Shown in pieces: positions 1-8,763 of a stretch of DNA of 64,000 nucleotides; positions within the stretch are counted from its first letter, which is position 1; every line of letters begins with the position of its first letter. The stretch is from an uncultured delta proteobacterium (GTDB lineage Bacteria > Desulfobacterota > GWC2-55-46): contig CAVSHY010000017.1 of assembly GCA_963727865.1 (NCBI GenBank), positions 109-64,108 on the forward strand, written 5' to 3'. The translations under genes and the position numbers were made by a program. The notes under the pieces were generated by a model. That model searched no databases. It had not been told where the DNA came from and worked only from the letters and a program-made list of their open reading frames with translations.

Positions 1-108
1 AAGATCCGTTGTTCATCATGTCGAAAGCGCTTCCATTACGCTTGCTCTTTAAACTTCGCTTTCGAATTCCGGTTTCGCAATAATGATGAGTTGAGGTATG
101 CTGTGCCT

Positions 109-471
109 ATGGCCTCAATCAAAAAACAGCTTTCCTTGCTCGATACACCGCATGAAGGGATTAATACGCCCGAATTCAGCGTCAGCGAACTTTCTTCTCT
201 CGTCAAAAGAGATTGAGGAAACGTTCGGCCTTGTGCGCGTTCGTGGCGAGATTTCGGATTGCAAATTCCATACAAGCGGGCATTTGTACCTGACCCTCAA
301 AGAAGGCAATGCCGTCTTAAGGCCGCCGTTTGCTGGCGTGGACATGTCGGGCGGCTTGGCCTTAAGCCCGCCATCGGCATGGAAGTCGTTTGCACCGGAA
401 GACTGACGACCTATGCAGGTCAATCAAAATACCAACTCGTCGTCGAAGGCATGGCGCTTGCGGGCATCGGC
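109..471 (+). pseudogene. xseA: Exodeoxyribonuclease VII large subunit (XseA) N-terminal fragment, with two frameshifts and a 3' truncation
   Basis: Reading three frames in turn gives MASIKKQLSLLDTPHEGINTPEFSVSELSSLVK / EIEETFGLVRVRGEISDCKFHTSGHLYLTLKEGNAVL / KAAVCWRGHVGRLGLKPAIGMEVVCTGRLTTYAGQSKYQLVVEGMALAGIG. This is a typical XseA OB-fold N-terminus. The frame changes at the A-run 205-208 and near 319-322. Similarity ends at about 471, where composition changes. Confidence 0.6.
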
Positions 472-920
472 CCGGATTTAGGGGCTTGCAGCCAGGATTA
501 CTCAAGTAACTCATTGATTGTTCCAGCAATATACAAAGGCAGCATAACCAACGTAAGCAGGTTAACTAGCCCTGATTTCACCTGCGGACTGCCCTGCAGC
601 GACTTCAACCAAGCTATTAACTCAAGCGTAATCCAGTCAGACCCTCTTAAGGCGATAAGTTATGACCTTCCTTCGGGAAGCTCGCTTAGCGTGCCTGGAA
701 CACAGAGCGTATGCGAAGAATTGGTTGATAACAAGCACTATGTTTTGTGCAAGACTAACTTTTTGCCTTCAAGCTCTGATGTTTTATTCTGCATGCTTGA
801 CACTGAGAGTCTTCCGGTTCATTCAATAGACATGAACACTTACTTGGTTAGAGCAGATGCAGTATACGACTTCCATGACGTGACAACAACAACATTCACT
901 GTGGAGAATTGCAACGCGAT

Positions 921-1109
921 ATGAAAAACACGACACTAGTACTATTGGCTGGACTATTAATATTGGTAGCGGGATGCACCACTGCAAGGACAAGCAGCTC
1001 GACCTCAAATACAACTTCTGTTGAGAACCAGTGCGTAAGCGGGGAAGAGATGTGCGTACTTGGTACTCCCGGATTATTAAGCAAGGATACTGTTTCACAG
1101 CAGCGCTGA
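921..1109 (+). CDS. Small putative lipoprotein (hypothetical)
   Basis: ATG at 921. MKNTTLVLLAGLLILVAGC looks like a signal peptide plus lipobox. The mature part is Ser/Thr-rich. No family recognised. It lies in the composite block at the window start. Confidence 0.3.
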   Translation: MKNTTLVLLAGLLILVAGCTTARTSSSTSNTTSVENQCVSGEEMCVLGTPGLLSKDTVSQQR

Positions 1110-1626
1110 CTCATACTTCAGCGTAATATTACGAAACAACCTTGAAGGACAGGAAGCGAAGAACGTAGTAGTCGAGCTTAAGAACGTGGGACCATTCAAG
1201 ATAGTTGAAAGGCTACGATAAAACCACCGTTGCTGGAGTTTGCTCATTATCCCTCGGATTAAGGCGCCTTACCAGAATAGAACAGTAAGCAATACTCCGA
1301 ACCCGCAGTTCGCAGACGACTTTAACCAGCCATTCTCAGTTTATAAATTAGGAACAATGTACCCTGACGAGGAGACCGAGTTCCTGTGGAGGCTCCGTGC
1401 ACCATCATACCAGGAGATAGCGAACGTGGCATACCCTCACACATTCGGCGGCACAGTAAGCTACGATTACAAGACGGGATTAATACAGACAGTCTACGCG
1501 ATAAGCGAGGATGAATACCAAAAGAGTATTACGCCTGACAGGCGCTGAGCCTACAACTAAGGGAACCATAACCAACAGCGTCGGCGCACTTGATATCGCA
1601 AGTAGCGTTAGCGAACCAGTAAGGCT

Positions 1627-1989
1627 TCAGGGAAACGATGGCGCGGGGGCGGTATTGCTAGCGGCCGCTTCCAGCCCATTGAGGTAGCGCAGCATGTTCG
1701 ACTGCGGGGTGCGCTGGCTGCCGTCGGCGAGCGTGGTGAGCAGGTCGGGCAGGGTCCAGCGGCCAAGCTGGCGCATGAGCCACCAGGCGCGCACGCGCAG
1801 GCCGCGGGCGGTGCGGGTGCGGCGTTCGATGGGGCCGTGGCGCTCGACGGTGCGCCCGCTGGCAAGCCAGTCGCGACCGGCCTCGGTCAGGGCGTATTCG
1901 CCCCGCGACGCGGCGACGATGAGGCCCATCTGGCGCAGCTTGGCCGCGGCGCGCCAGGTGGCGTGCCGGGATAGCTCGGTGGCCTGCGG
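1627..1989 (-). pseudogene. 5'-truncated ORF (winged-helix-like C-terminal portion) inside a very G+C-rich block
   Basis: The minus-frame translation ...ATELSRHATWRAAAKLRQMGLIVAASRGEYALTEAGRDWLASGRTVERHG...LRYLNGLEAAAS reads as a real protein. The opposite frame is Arg-rich nonsense. The G+C-rich sequence (45/60 in a spot-counted line) stops abruptly at about 1989, so the N-terminal part is missing. The N-terminus in the ORF track is read-through into AT-rich host DNA. Confidence 0.4.
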
Positions 1990-2018
1990 TGATAATATGT
2001 TTAACGGGTAGTAAAAAT

Positions 2019-2053
2019 AAAAAAAACCATCCGGCAAAAGCCGATGGCTTTTT
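2019..2053 (-). terminator. Bidirectional rho-independent terminator downstream of the tRNA-Val/tRNA-Asp unit
   Basis: The hairpin CCAT(C)CGGC-AAAA-GCCGATGG (2027-2047) has an A8 run on its left and a T5 run on its right. A U-tract therefore follows the stem on both strands. Confidence 0.5.
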
Positions 2054-2162
2054 CGATGAACGACCCGTTTTTTAGACCGTCCCTTTTTTTTGCAGCTCAA
2101 GATCTTATAGATTTTTTTGTTCTCAGGTTTAAAAATCCATCCTGCGTCCGCTAATCCAATAA

Positions 2163-2239
2163 TGGCGGGGCCGACGGGACTCGAACCCGCGCCCTCTGGC
2201 TTGACAGGCCAGCGTTATAACCGACTTAACTACGGCCCC
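2163..2239 (-). tRNA. tRNA-Asp (anticodon GUC), CCA encoded
   Basis: The reverse complement GGGGCCGTAGTTAAGTCGGTTATAACGCTGGCCTGTCAAGCCAGAGGGCGCGGGTTCGAGTCCCGTCGGCCCCGCCA folds as a cloverleaf. The anticodon loop is CTGTCAA. Confidence 0.95.
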
Positions 2240-2297
2240 TTTATTGAACAATGATACTGAATAATCCAAGCCCCTGAACCCCGCTGTCACATTTAAA

Positions 2298-2373
2298 TGG
2301 TAGGCGGAACAGGGATCGAACCTGTGACCTCAGCCTTGTAAGGGCTGCGCTCTCCCAACTGAGCTATCCGCCC
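2298..2373 (-). tRNA. tRNA-Val (anticodon UAC), CCA encoded
   Basis: The reverse complement GGGCGGATAGCTCAGTTGGGAGAGCGCAGCCCTTACAAGGCTGAGGTCACAGGTTCGATCCCTGTTCCGCCTACCA folds as a cloverleaf. The anticodon loop is CTTACAA. Confidence 0.95.
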
Positions 2374-2414
2374 GCCGGCGTTGATACGGGAAAGACGGCG
2401 CTACGGCGTGAAAA

Positions 2415-2442
2415 GAATCCCCGTCAATTATGACGGGGATTC
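2415..2442 (-). terminator. Rho-independent terminator after lon
   Basis: A perfect 12-bp stem GAATCCCCGTCA/TGACGGGGATTC with a 4-nt loop. On the minus strand it is followed by a T-rich stretch (TTCTTTTCAC). It lies about 140 nt downstream of the lon stop. Confidence 0.6.
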
Positions 2443-2582
2443 AAAATTTTAATCGACTTTCTTTATGCTTGTCAAGCAAATAAAAGCAGCCCCTGACTTC
2501 ACCGCTTGAACAAATCAGCGGGCCAACTCCGCGCAATCACTTTCCCGATGCCAGGGGACTCGCGCTTCTCAACCCCTGGGTC

Positions 2583-5036
2583 TCAATGCCTGACCACGTT
2601 GTCAGCCTGTGCAGGCTCCTGGGGCGCCTGCTCTTTCTCGAAACCGGCCTTGGGTTCTTTGAATATTTCTTCCTTGCTTTTTACATTCAAGGCCTCGACA
2701 AGGACCTTGTCCATATGTTCGACAAGGACCGATTTAACCTTTTTAAGTATCTGAGCGGGTATCTCCTTAAGGTCTTTTTCGTTTTCCTTCGGTATCAGGA
2801 CCGTGAGTATGCCTGCCCTGTGAGCTGCGAGCATCTTCTCCTTAAGCCCCCCTATGGGAAGGACCTTGCCGCGAAGCGTAATCTCCCCTGTCATGGCGAC
2901 ACTCTTGCGCACGGGCACTTTTATGAGAGCGGACGCCAGGGCGGTTGCCATTGTGATGCCGGCTGAAGGTCCGTCCTTGGGTATGGCGCCCTCTGGCACA
3001 TGGATATGTATGTCAAGTTTCTGATAGAAATCTTTTTCAAGCCCGAGCTCAGTCGCTCTGCTCCTTATGTATGTCATCGCCGCCTGGGCCGATTCCTGCA
3101 TTACGTCCCCGAGTTTCCCGGTTATTATAAGCTTACCCTTGCCCGGGACAAGAGCGACCTCTATCGCGAGAAGCTCACCGCCGGCCTCTGTCCAGGCAAG
3201 ACCCGTCGCCACCCCTATCTCGTCAACATCCTCGATCGTGCCGTACCTGTACTGCGGAACCCCCAGATACTTGGAGAGGTTCTTAGCGGTTATCGCGACC
3301 TTCGCGTCCCTGCCTTTCTTAAGAATCTCCTTGGCGACCTTTCTGCAAACGGCAGCGATCTGACGCTCCAGGTTCCTTACCCCGGCTTCCTTGGTATACT
3401 TCCTTATGATAGCCAGTATGGCGTGTTTGCCGAGTTCCATATTGTTCCCGGTAAGCCCGTGCATCTTAAGCTGCTTCGAGAGCAAAAACCTCTCAACAAT
3501 GTGCTGCTTTTCAATCTCGGTATAGCCGGGTATCCTTATGAGCTCCATCCTGTCAAGAAGCGGATAAGGGATCCCCTGAACGGCGTTAGCGGTAGTTATG
3601 AACATTATCTTGGAAAGATCGTAATCGCTGTCCAGATAATGGTCGTTGAAGGCATGATTCTGCTCAGGGTCAAGCACCTCGAGAAGGGCGGATGCCGGAT
3701 CCCCTCTGAAGTCGTGGCTCATCTTATCGACCTCGTCAAGAAGGAATACCGGGTTATTTGACCCGGCCTTTTTAAGGGACTGTATGATCTTGCCGGGCAT
3801 TGAACCTATGTAAGTCCTTCTATGGCCCCGTATCTCGGCTTCGTCTTTTACCCCGCCGAGGGAGAGACGAACGAAGTTTCTGCCGGTCGCCCTCGCGATG
3901 GATTTCGCCAGAGAGGTCTTACCTACCCCGGGAGGGCCCACCAGGCAGAGTATCGGACCCTTCATCTCATCCACGAGCCCCCTCACAGCGAGGTATTCCA
4001 CGATGCGTTCCTTTATGTTCTTGAGCCCGTAGTGGTCCTCTTCGAGGACACGCTCGGCTTCAGTTATGTCTTTCTTCTCATCCGTCAGATGGTCCCAGGG
4101 GAGGCTCACGAGCCAGTCTATGTAGTTTCTTGATACCGTCGCCTCGGCTGACATCGGAGACATCAGACGGAGCTTTTTAATCTCCTGCTTCGCCTTCCGT
4201 GTCGCCTCCTTGGACATCTTCTTGGATTTTAGCTTCTCCTCGAACTCCTGGATCTCGGACTTGAATTCATCCTTCTCCCCGAGTTCCTTCTGGATCGCCT
4301 TCATCTGCTCGCTTAAGTAATACTCTTTCTGGGTCTTCTCCATCTGGCGCTTAACGCGCTGGCGTATCTTCTGCTCGACCTCGAGTATCTCTATCTCGCT
4401 CTCCATCATGCTGTAGAGCCGTTCAAGCCTCTTCGTCGGGCTCGGTATCCCGAGGAGAGCCTGCTTGTCCTCAAGCTTGACGGTAAGGTGGGAGGCGATC
4501 GTATCGGCGAGCCTGCTCGGGTCCTCGATCGAAGAGACGCTCATTATCATCTCGGGAGGGACGCGTTTATTGAATTTAGCGTAAATCTCGAAAGACTTTG
4601 TTACCGATCTTACAAGAGCCTCCGTCTCGACGGTCTCGTCTATTACGTCCTCGACGTCTTCGACGTCTACCATAAAGCATTCGTCTTCAGAGACAAATTC
4701 CTTTATCCGCGCCCTCCGCTTGCCCTCGACGAGGACCTTAACGGTCCCGTCGGGGAGCCTCAAAAGCTGCAGTATCGTCCCTAATGTGCCTACCTCGTAG
4801 ATATCATCGCGCGCCGGCTCTTCCGTCTTGGCCTTTTTCTGGGCGGCAAGGAGGATAGACTTATCATTGGCCATCGCGTGTTCAAGGGCCTTTATAGACT
4901 TCTCCCTGCCCACGAAAAGCGGCACAACCATAAAAGGAAATATTATTATATCTCTTAACGGTATCAGCGGGACTATCTGTTTATTATCCTTCTTCAAATC
5001 TCTTCCTCCCTTATTTCCCTTAAAAAACGATAACAT
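2583..5036 (-). CDS. lon: ATP-dependent Lon protease
   Basis: LON N-domain ([23 protein letters not shown]), Walker [10 protein letters not shown], and a C-terminal protease domain with [11 protein letters not shown]. The start is placed at ATG 5036 (MLSFFKG...) to avoid a 32-nt overlap with clpX. ATG 5093 is the alternative. Confidence 0.95.
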   Translation of the reverse strand: MLSFFKGNKGGRDLKKDNKQIVPLIPLRDIIIFPFMVVPLFVGREKSIKALEHAMANDKSILLAAQKKAKTEEPARDDIYEVGTLGTILQLLRLPDGTVKVLVEGKRRARIKEFVSEDECFMVDVEDVEDVIDETVETEALVRSVTKSFEIYAKFNKRVPPEMIMSVSSIEDPSRLADTIASHLTVKLEDKQALLGIPSPTKRLERLYSMMESEIEILEVEQKIRQRVKRQMEKTQKEYYLSEQMKAIQKELGEKDEFKSEIQEFEEKLKSKKMSKEATRKAKQEIKKLRLMSPMSAEATVSRNYIDWLVSLPWDHLTDEKKDITEAERVLEEDHYGLKNIKERIVEYLAVRGLVDEMKGPILCLVGPPGVGKTSLAKSIARATGRNFVRLSLGGVKDEAEIRGHRRTYIGSMPGKIIQSLKKAGSNNPVFLLDEVDKMSHDFRGDPASALLEVLDPEQNHAFNDHYLDSDYDLSKIMFITTANAVQGIPYPLLDRMELIRIPGYTEIEKQHIVERFLLSKQLKMHGLTGNNMELGKHAILAIIRKYTKEAGVRNLERQIAAVCRKVAKEILKKGRDAKVAITAKNLSKYLGVPQYRYGTIEDVDEIGVATGLAWTEAGGELLAIEVALVPGKGKLIITGKLGDVMQESAQAAMTYIRSRATELGLEKDFYQKLDIHIHVPEGAIPKDGPSAGITMATALASALIKVPVRKSVAMTGEITLRGKVLPIGGLKEKMLAAHRAGILTVLIPKENEKDLKEIPAQILKKVKSVLVEHMDKVLVEALNVKSKEEIFKEPKAGFEKEQAPQEPAQADNVVRH

Positions 5037-5061
5037 GTTTATATCCGTTGGTGTTTTGCCC

Positions 5062-6315
5062 TCAGGCCGTCTCGGCCCTGTTACCGTATACAACGATCAT
5101 CTTGGATTTATCCATAATAACGTCTTCGTTTATTATAACCTCTCTAATGTTGGACTGCGACGGCAATTCATACATCGTCTCGAGCATGACATTCTCGAGT
5201 ATGGCGCGAAGCCCCCTGGCCCCGGCCTTTCTCCTCATGCTCTCCCTCGCGACCGCGCCCAAAGCCCCGTCGGTGAATTTGAGTTTTACGTTCTCGAACT
5301 CAAAGAGCTTCTGGTACTGCTTTATAATGGCGTTCCTTGGCTCAGTAAGTATCTTTACGAGATCGTTTTCGCTCAATTCGTCGAGGACCGCTATTACGGG
5401 AAGCCTTCCCATGAACTCTGGGATAAGCCCGTAACGGAGAAAATCCTGCGGCTCTACTTCGCGCATAAGCTTCGCGAGGTTAAGCTCCACCGACTTTTTA
5501 GTCTCGTCGGTATTAAATCCGACGGTCCTTTTCCCCACCCTCTGTGAGACTATCGTTTCCAGACCGTTAAAGGCGCCTCCGCATATAAAGAGTATATTGG
5601 AGGTGTCTATCTGCAGAAACTCCTGCTGCGGATGCTTGCGCCCGCCTTTCGGGGGCACGTTCGCGACCGTACCTTCTATTATCTTAAGGAGCGCCTGCTG
5701 CACCCCCTCCCCTGAGACGTCCCTCGTTATGGACGGGCTGTCGCTTTTCCTGGAGATCTTGTCTATCTCATCTATATAGACGATGCCCTTCTGACACTTT
5801 TCTATATCATACTCGGCGTTCTGCAGGAGGCTCAGTATGATGTTTTCGACATCCTCGCCGACATAGCCCGCTTCGGTAAGCGTTGTAGCGTCCGCAATGG
5901 TAAACGGAACGTTTAATATCTTCGCAAGGGTCTGCGCGAGGAGAGTCTTGCCGGAACCTGTGGGGCCTACGAGAAGAATATTACTCTTCTGAAGCTCCAC
6001 GTTGCCGAGAGACACCTTGCTCTCGATCCGTTTATAATGGTTGTGAACCGCGACCGAAAGCACCTTTTTAGCGTGGTCCTGCCCGATTACATACTCATCA
6101 AGAATCTTCTTGATTTCCATGGGCTTCGGTATATTATGCTCGCGTTTTTTGAACTCTTCTTTTTCATATTCTTCCGCGATTATATCGTTACAGAGCTCAA
6201 TACACTCGTCACAGATATATACCATCGGTCCGGCTACAAGCTTGCGGACCTCATCCTGTCCCTTGCTGCAGAAAGAACAGGTAAGATAGCTCCCGCCTTT
6301 TTTATTTACTGACAT
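5062..6315 (-). CDS. clpX: ATP-dependent Clp protease ATP-binding subunit ClpX
   Basis: N-terminal zinc ribbon CSFCSKG...ICDECIELC, Walker A GPTGSGKT, and full-length ClpX-like sequence. Sits in the canonical position between clpP and lon. Confidence 0.97.
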   Translation of the reverse strand: MSVNKKGGSYLTCSFCSKGQDEVRKLVAGPMVYICDECIELCNDIIAEEYEKEEFKKREHNIPKPMEIKKILDEYVIGQDHAKKVLSVAVHNHYKRIESKVSLGNVELQKSNILLVGPTGSGKTLLAQTLAKILNVPFTIADATTLTEAGYVGEDVENIILSLLQNAEYDIEKCQKGIVYIDEIDKISRKSDSPSITRDVSGEGVQQALLKIIEGTVANVPPKGGRKHPQQEFLQIDTSNILFICGGAFNGLETIVSQRVGKRTVGFNTDETKKSVELNLAKLMREVEPQDFLRYGLIPEFMGRLPVIAVLDELSENDLVKILTEPRNAIIKQYQKLFEFENVKLKFTDGALGAVARESMRRKAGARGLRAILENVMLETMYELPSQSNIREVIINEDVIMDKSKMIVVYGNRAETA

Positions 6316-6386
6316 CTGTTTTCCTCCAAACGATCCTTCGCACTAACCTGTGATAAAAATTTCCTTTACAGCGGAAGTCGAGCTGC

Positions 6387-7001
6387 TTAATCGGTCTTAC
6401 TGTGTTTAATCTGTTCCGTCAAAGGTCTTTTCTCAATTACTCTGTCTATTATACCATATTCCATGGCCTGTTGCCCACTCATAAAAAAGTCCCTTTCCGT
6501 ATCCCTGTGGACTTTCTCAATGGGTTGTCCCGAATGCCTGGAAAGGATTCCGGCCAGTTCTTCCCTTATCCTTAATATCTCCCTGGCTTGAATGTCTATA
6601 TCAGTCGCCTGCCCCTGGGCTCCTCCGAGCGGCTGGTGTATAAGTATCCTTGAATTGGGCAGGGCGAACCTTTTACCAGCGGCTCCCCCCGAAAGAAGCA
6701 GCGCGCCCATGCTCGCGGCCTGGCCTATGCAGATAGTGGACACATCGGGCCTTACGTACTGCATGGTATCGTATATGGCGAGCCCGGCGCTTACAAGCCC
6801 GCCGGGAGAATTTATATAAATGTGTATATCCTTTTCAGGGTCTTCAGACTCAAGGAAGAGCAACTGGGCTATTATCAGGTTTGCCAGGTTGTCGTCAACG
6901 CCGCTTCCGAGAAAAATGATCCTGTCCTTTAAGAGCCGCGAGTATATATCATACGCCCTCTCACCGCGGCCAGTCTGCTCCACTACCATCGGTATCAGCA
7001 T
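6387..7001 (-). CDS. clpP: ATP-dependent Clp protease proteolytic subunit ClpP
   Basis: 204 aa. Contains [19 protein letters not shown] and the catalytic-Ser context [11 protein letters not shown]. Confidence 0.97.
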   Translation of the reverse strand: MLIPMVVEQTGRGERAYDIYSRLLKDRIIFLGSGVDDNLANLIIAQLLFLESEDPEKDIHIYINSPGGLVSAGLAIYDTMQYVRPDVSTICIGQAASMGALLLSGGAAGKRFALPNSRILIHQPLGGAQGQATDIDIQAREILRIREELAGILSRHSGQPIEKVHRDTERDFFMSGQQAMEYGIIDRVIEKRPLTEQIKHSKTD

Positions 7002-7081
7002 TCCTCTTCCCCCTTTACCTTTATAATATCGCTTAAATGCATTATCGCCTTAAATATTTTTAATTCCTTCCGGGAAGGGGT

Positions 7082-8380
7082 CTACTTAACGATTTTAGCG
7101 GCTTCGATAATGATGTCAAAGACCTTCTCGTGCTTTAAACCGTCTTTTATGACTTCCGTCGCGCCTTCCTGCGTGATTCTATTCATGAGCGATTGGAATG
7201 GAACCTTTCTCGCTTCCGCGAGGTGCTTTATGGCGTCGTCAAACTCTTCCTGCGATATCTCAAGCTTTTCCTTCGCGGCTATTGAATCGAGGACAACATC
7301 TTCTTTAACGTGCCTTATGGCGGCGTTACGGTATTTCGCCTTAAGTTCCTCCGAAGAAAGCCCGCGGTCTTCAGGGGAGATGCTCCCCTGTTTTATGTTT
7401 TCGGCCACCTGGTTTAAGATTATGCCATGGTATCTCGTTACAAGAGCCTCGGGGACCTCAAAGGGATGCTTCTCTATAAGCTTATCGAGGATCGAGTTCT
7501 TGACCCGCTCCTTTTCATTATCCTCTTTGACCTTTTTAAGGTCTTCCCTTAATCTGTTTTTAAGCGCCGCAAGGTTATCGCACTCCAGGTCTTTGGCGAA
7601 CTCGTCGTCGAGCGGGGGGATGACCTTTTCCTTTACCGCTTTAACTTTAAGGGTAAAGACGCCTTCCTTCCCGGCAAGGCTTTGATCGCTGTAGTTCCCC
7701 GGGAAGGTTATTTTGGCCTCCCTCGTTTCGCCTTTGGACACGCCCTTAAGCGCCTCATCGAGCCCCGGCAGAAGCGTCTTATCCCCGATCATAAAAGGAT
7801 AATCATCGACCTTGCTTCCTTTGATAACCTCTCCGTTTATGCTCCCTTCGAGGCCGGCTGTAATAAGGTCGCTTTCTTTCGCCTGACGTTCGACTTCCTT
7901 ATACTCGGCGCGGCTCTCCTGAAGCCTCTTTAAGCCTTCTTCCACATCCTTTTCAGTGACTTCGACGGCTTCCCTCATGAGATCCATCCCCCTGTAGTCG
8001 TCTATTTCCACGTCAGGGGTCACCTCAACGGTCACTGAATAAAAAAACTCATTAGCCTCATCCAGTTTTGTCCTGGTAATATCTATTTGCGGACTTTCAA
8101 CGGGCGCGAGTTTCTTCTCATGGAGCGCGTGGGGATAAGACATCTCGATGAGCTTGGAAGTAACATCCTCCCGGATTTTATCTCCGAACCTGGCCTTGAG
8201 TATGTTGACCGGGACATTCCCTTTCCTGAAACCAGCGACCGCCGCCGTGGACCTGAGAGAACGGTACGCCGAGCTGAACTCTTCTTTTACCGCGTTCACC
8301 GGGACCGTAATATTGAGCTTCTTTTTTACGGGGCTTAAATCCTCCGCTTCTATCCTGATATCGTATTTTGCCTTCTGCAT
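7082..8380 (-). CDS. tig: Trigger factor
   Basis: 432 aa. Ribosome-binding signature GFRKGNVP near the N-terminus and an FKBP-like middle domain. Located upstream of clpP-clpX. Confidence 0.95.
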   Translation of the reverse strand: MQKAKYDIRIEAEDLSPVKKKLNITVPVNAVKEEFSSAYRSLRSTAAVAGFRKGNVPVNILKARFGDKIREDVTSKLIEMSYPHALHEKKLAPVESPQIDITRTKLDEANEFFYSVTVEVTPDVEIDDYRGMDLMREAVEVTEKDVEEGLKRLQESRAEYKEVERQAKESDLITAGLEGSINGEVIKGSKVDDYPFMIGDKTLLPGLDEALKGVSKGETREAKITFPGNYSDQSLAGKEGVFTLKVKAVKEKVIPPLDDEFAKDLECDNLAALKNRLREDLKKVKEDNEKERVKNSILDKLIEKHPFEVPEALVTRYHGIILNQVAENIKQGSISPEDRGLSSEELKAKYRNAAIRHVKEDVVLDSIAAKEKLEISQEEFDDAIKHLAEARKVPFQSLMNRITQEGATEVIKDGLKHEKVFDIIIEAAKIVK

Positions 8381-8424
8381 TTTACCTTTCCTTTATGTTC
8401 ATTTTTAAACAAAACCATCGATAA

Positions 8425-8507
8425 TGGTGCGAGAGGGGGGAATCGAACCCCCATGGTTGCCCACCAGATCCTAAGTCTGGCGCGTCTGCCAGTTCCGCCA
8501 CCCTCGC
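8425..8507 (-). tRNA. tRNA-Leu (anticodon UAG), long variable arm, CCA encoded
   Basis: The reverse complement GCGAGGGTGGCGGAACTGGCAGACGCGCCAGACTTAGGATCTGGTGGGCAACCATGGGGGTTCGATTCCCCCCTCTCGCACCA has anticodon loop CTTAGGA. Confidence 0.93.
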
Positions 8508-8763
8508 AGTAAACGAGTTTTTGAGTCCATTTACTGCATTTGTATGCCCTTAGAGCCCGTCTCCGGCCTTTAAATCCTCAAAATTATTCATGGGTTACGC
8601 CTTGGCAGACCCCGGGCAAAAAACCGCATCTTCATTATTATAAATGATTAATTCCCCCCTTGCAACAAAAAAGGTCTATTCGAATAAGGCGTTGATTTTC
8701 AATATGTTTTAAGCTTTTCCGCTACCCTGAATATGACCGGAATAAGAGCCTTGATATTATAAT

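Noticed and set aside
1694-2011. Plus-strand 105-aa Arg-rich ORF in the G+C-rich block.
   Set aside because: Its Arg/Ser/Pro-rich translation is typical of the wrong frame in very G+C-rich DNA. The minus frame gives a protein-like sequence.
1-2239. The foreign block at 1-1989 as a genomic island integrated into tRNA-Asp.
   Set aside because: The block is separated from the tRNA by about 170 nt of host-like sequence containing the tRNA operon terminator. No tRNA-derived direct repeat or integrase is visible. A chimeric contig end or non-tRNA insertion is more consistent with what is seen.
3000-5547. Long plus-strand ORFs (3000-3761, 4828-5547 and others) antisense to lon and clpX. Similar shadow ORFs lie opposite tig, the MCP (8771-10279), the cytochrome b fusion (13450-14547), pyrG (24050-24736), the dehydrogenase (38284-38958) and gltX (52539-53261).
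   Set aside because: They lie exactly opposite strongly supported conserved genes. Their translations are low-complexity or Arg/Ser/Leu-rich with no recognisable motifs, and they lack RBS-like signals. These are typical antisense shadow ORFs.
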